Assembly (NCBI GenBank): GCA_036644995.1
Contig: JAVXOZ010000002.1
Coordinates: 50,128-114,127, forward strand
Direction of reading: 5' to 3'
Length of the DNA: 64,000 nucleotides
From: Clostridiales bacterium
GTDB taxonomy: Bacteria; Bacillota; Dehalobacteriia; UBA7702
Part shown: positions 63,820-64,000 of the stretch, piece by piece
Layout of the letters: the number at the start of each line of letters is the position of its first letter
How positions within the stretch are numbered: position 1 is the first letter of the stretch
Notes under the pieces: generated by a model
Seen by the model: the letters and a program-made list of their open reading frames with translations, nothing else
The model's database searches: none
Told to the model about the DNA's origin: nothing
Made by a program: the position numbers and the translations under genes

Positions 63820-64000
63820 TGGCCAGAAGACAAACGAGAAGAAGAAGAGAGAAGAAAAACATTGAATTTGGTGTAGCTCATATCAATTCTACTTTTAATA
63901 ATACAATTATCGTAATTACCGATAAAGCAGGGAATGCGATTTCTTGGTCCAGTGCCGGTAGTTCCGGGTTTAAAGGTTCCAGAAAAAGCACTCCTTTTGC
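63820..64000 (+). CDS. rpsK: 30S ribosomal protein S11 (5' partial; continues beyond the window)
   Basis: My translation from ATG 63820: [60 protein letters not shown]... Confidence 0.9.

Overview
This 64 kb window is a low-GC, Firmicutes-like (Bacillus/Clostridia-type) chromosomal segment with six strand blocks. (1) 1..11130, minus strand: a partial secreted CHAP-domain protein, a fused ABC exporter and a lipoprotein, followed by the conserved tatD / metG / rsmI / yabB / yabA / yaaT(ricT) / holB / tmk housekeeping cluster. (2) 11416..17007, plus strand: a radical-SAM/SPASM-like enzyme translationally coupled to a short-form N-acetylglutamate-synthase-like GNAT, then argH, a DUF362 Fe-S protein and an aldo-keto-reductase/ferredoxin fusion. 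(3) 17491..23622, minus strand: a BAAT-type alpha/beta hydrolase and a complete agmatine deiminase pathway, in the order ptcA, aguD, aguA, arcC. (4) 23930..29334, plus strand: an Opp/Nik-type ABC importer (family-5 SBP, two permeases, two ATPases, one with a His-rich tail), followed by two tandem EamA transporters on the minus strand. (5) 31723..37660, plus strand: lgt, aroK, a carrier-protein-like small ORF overlapping two FAD flavoproteins, and a 6TM voltage-sensor-type K+ channel. (6) 38741..64000, plus strand: rpoB, rpoC, an L7Ae protein, and the complete str, S10, spc and alpha ribosomal operons through secY, adk, map, infA, rpmJ and rpsM to a partial rpsK. The most distinctive non-genic signal is a family of ~120 bp imperfect-palindromic interspersed repeats. 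At least 7 copies lie in the same orientation, including a triple tandem array immediately upstream of the rpoB promoter and one copy inside the agmatine operon. Two of the copies are bracketed by 17 bp or 20 bp direct repeats. Other observations include a 4-Cys insertion in EF-Tu, short tandem repeat arrays, a 21 bp duplication of the aroK 3' end flanking a GC-rich island, and a candidate attenuator ahead of the ABC importer.
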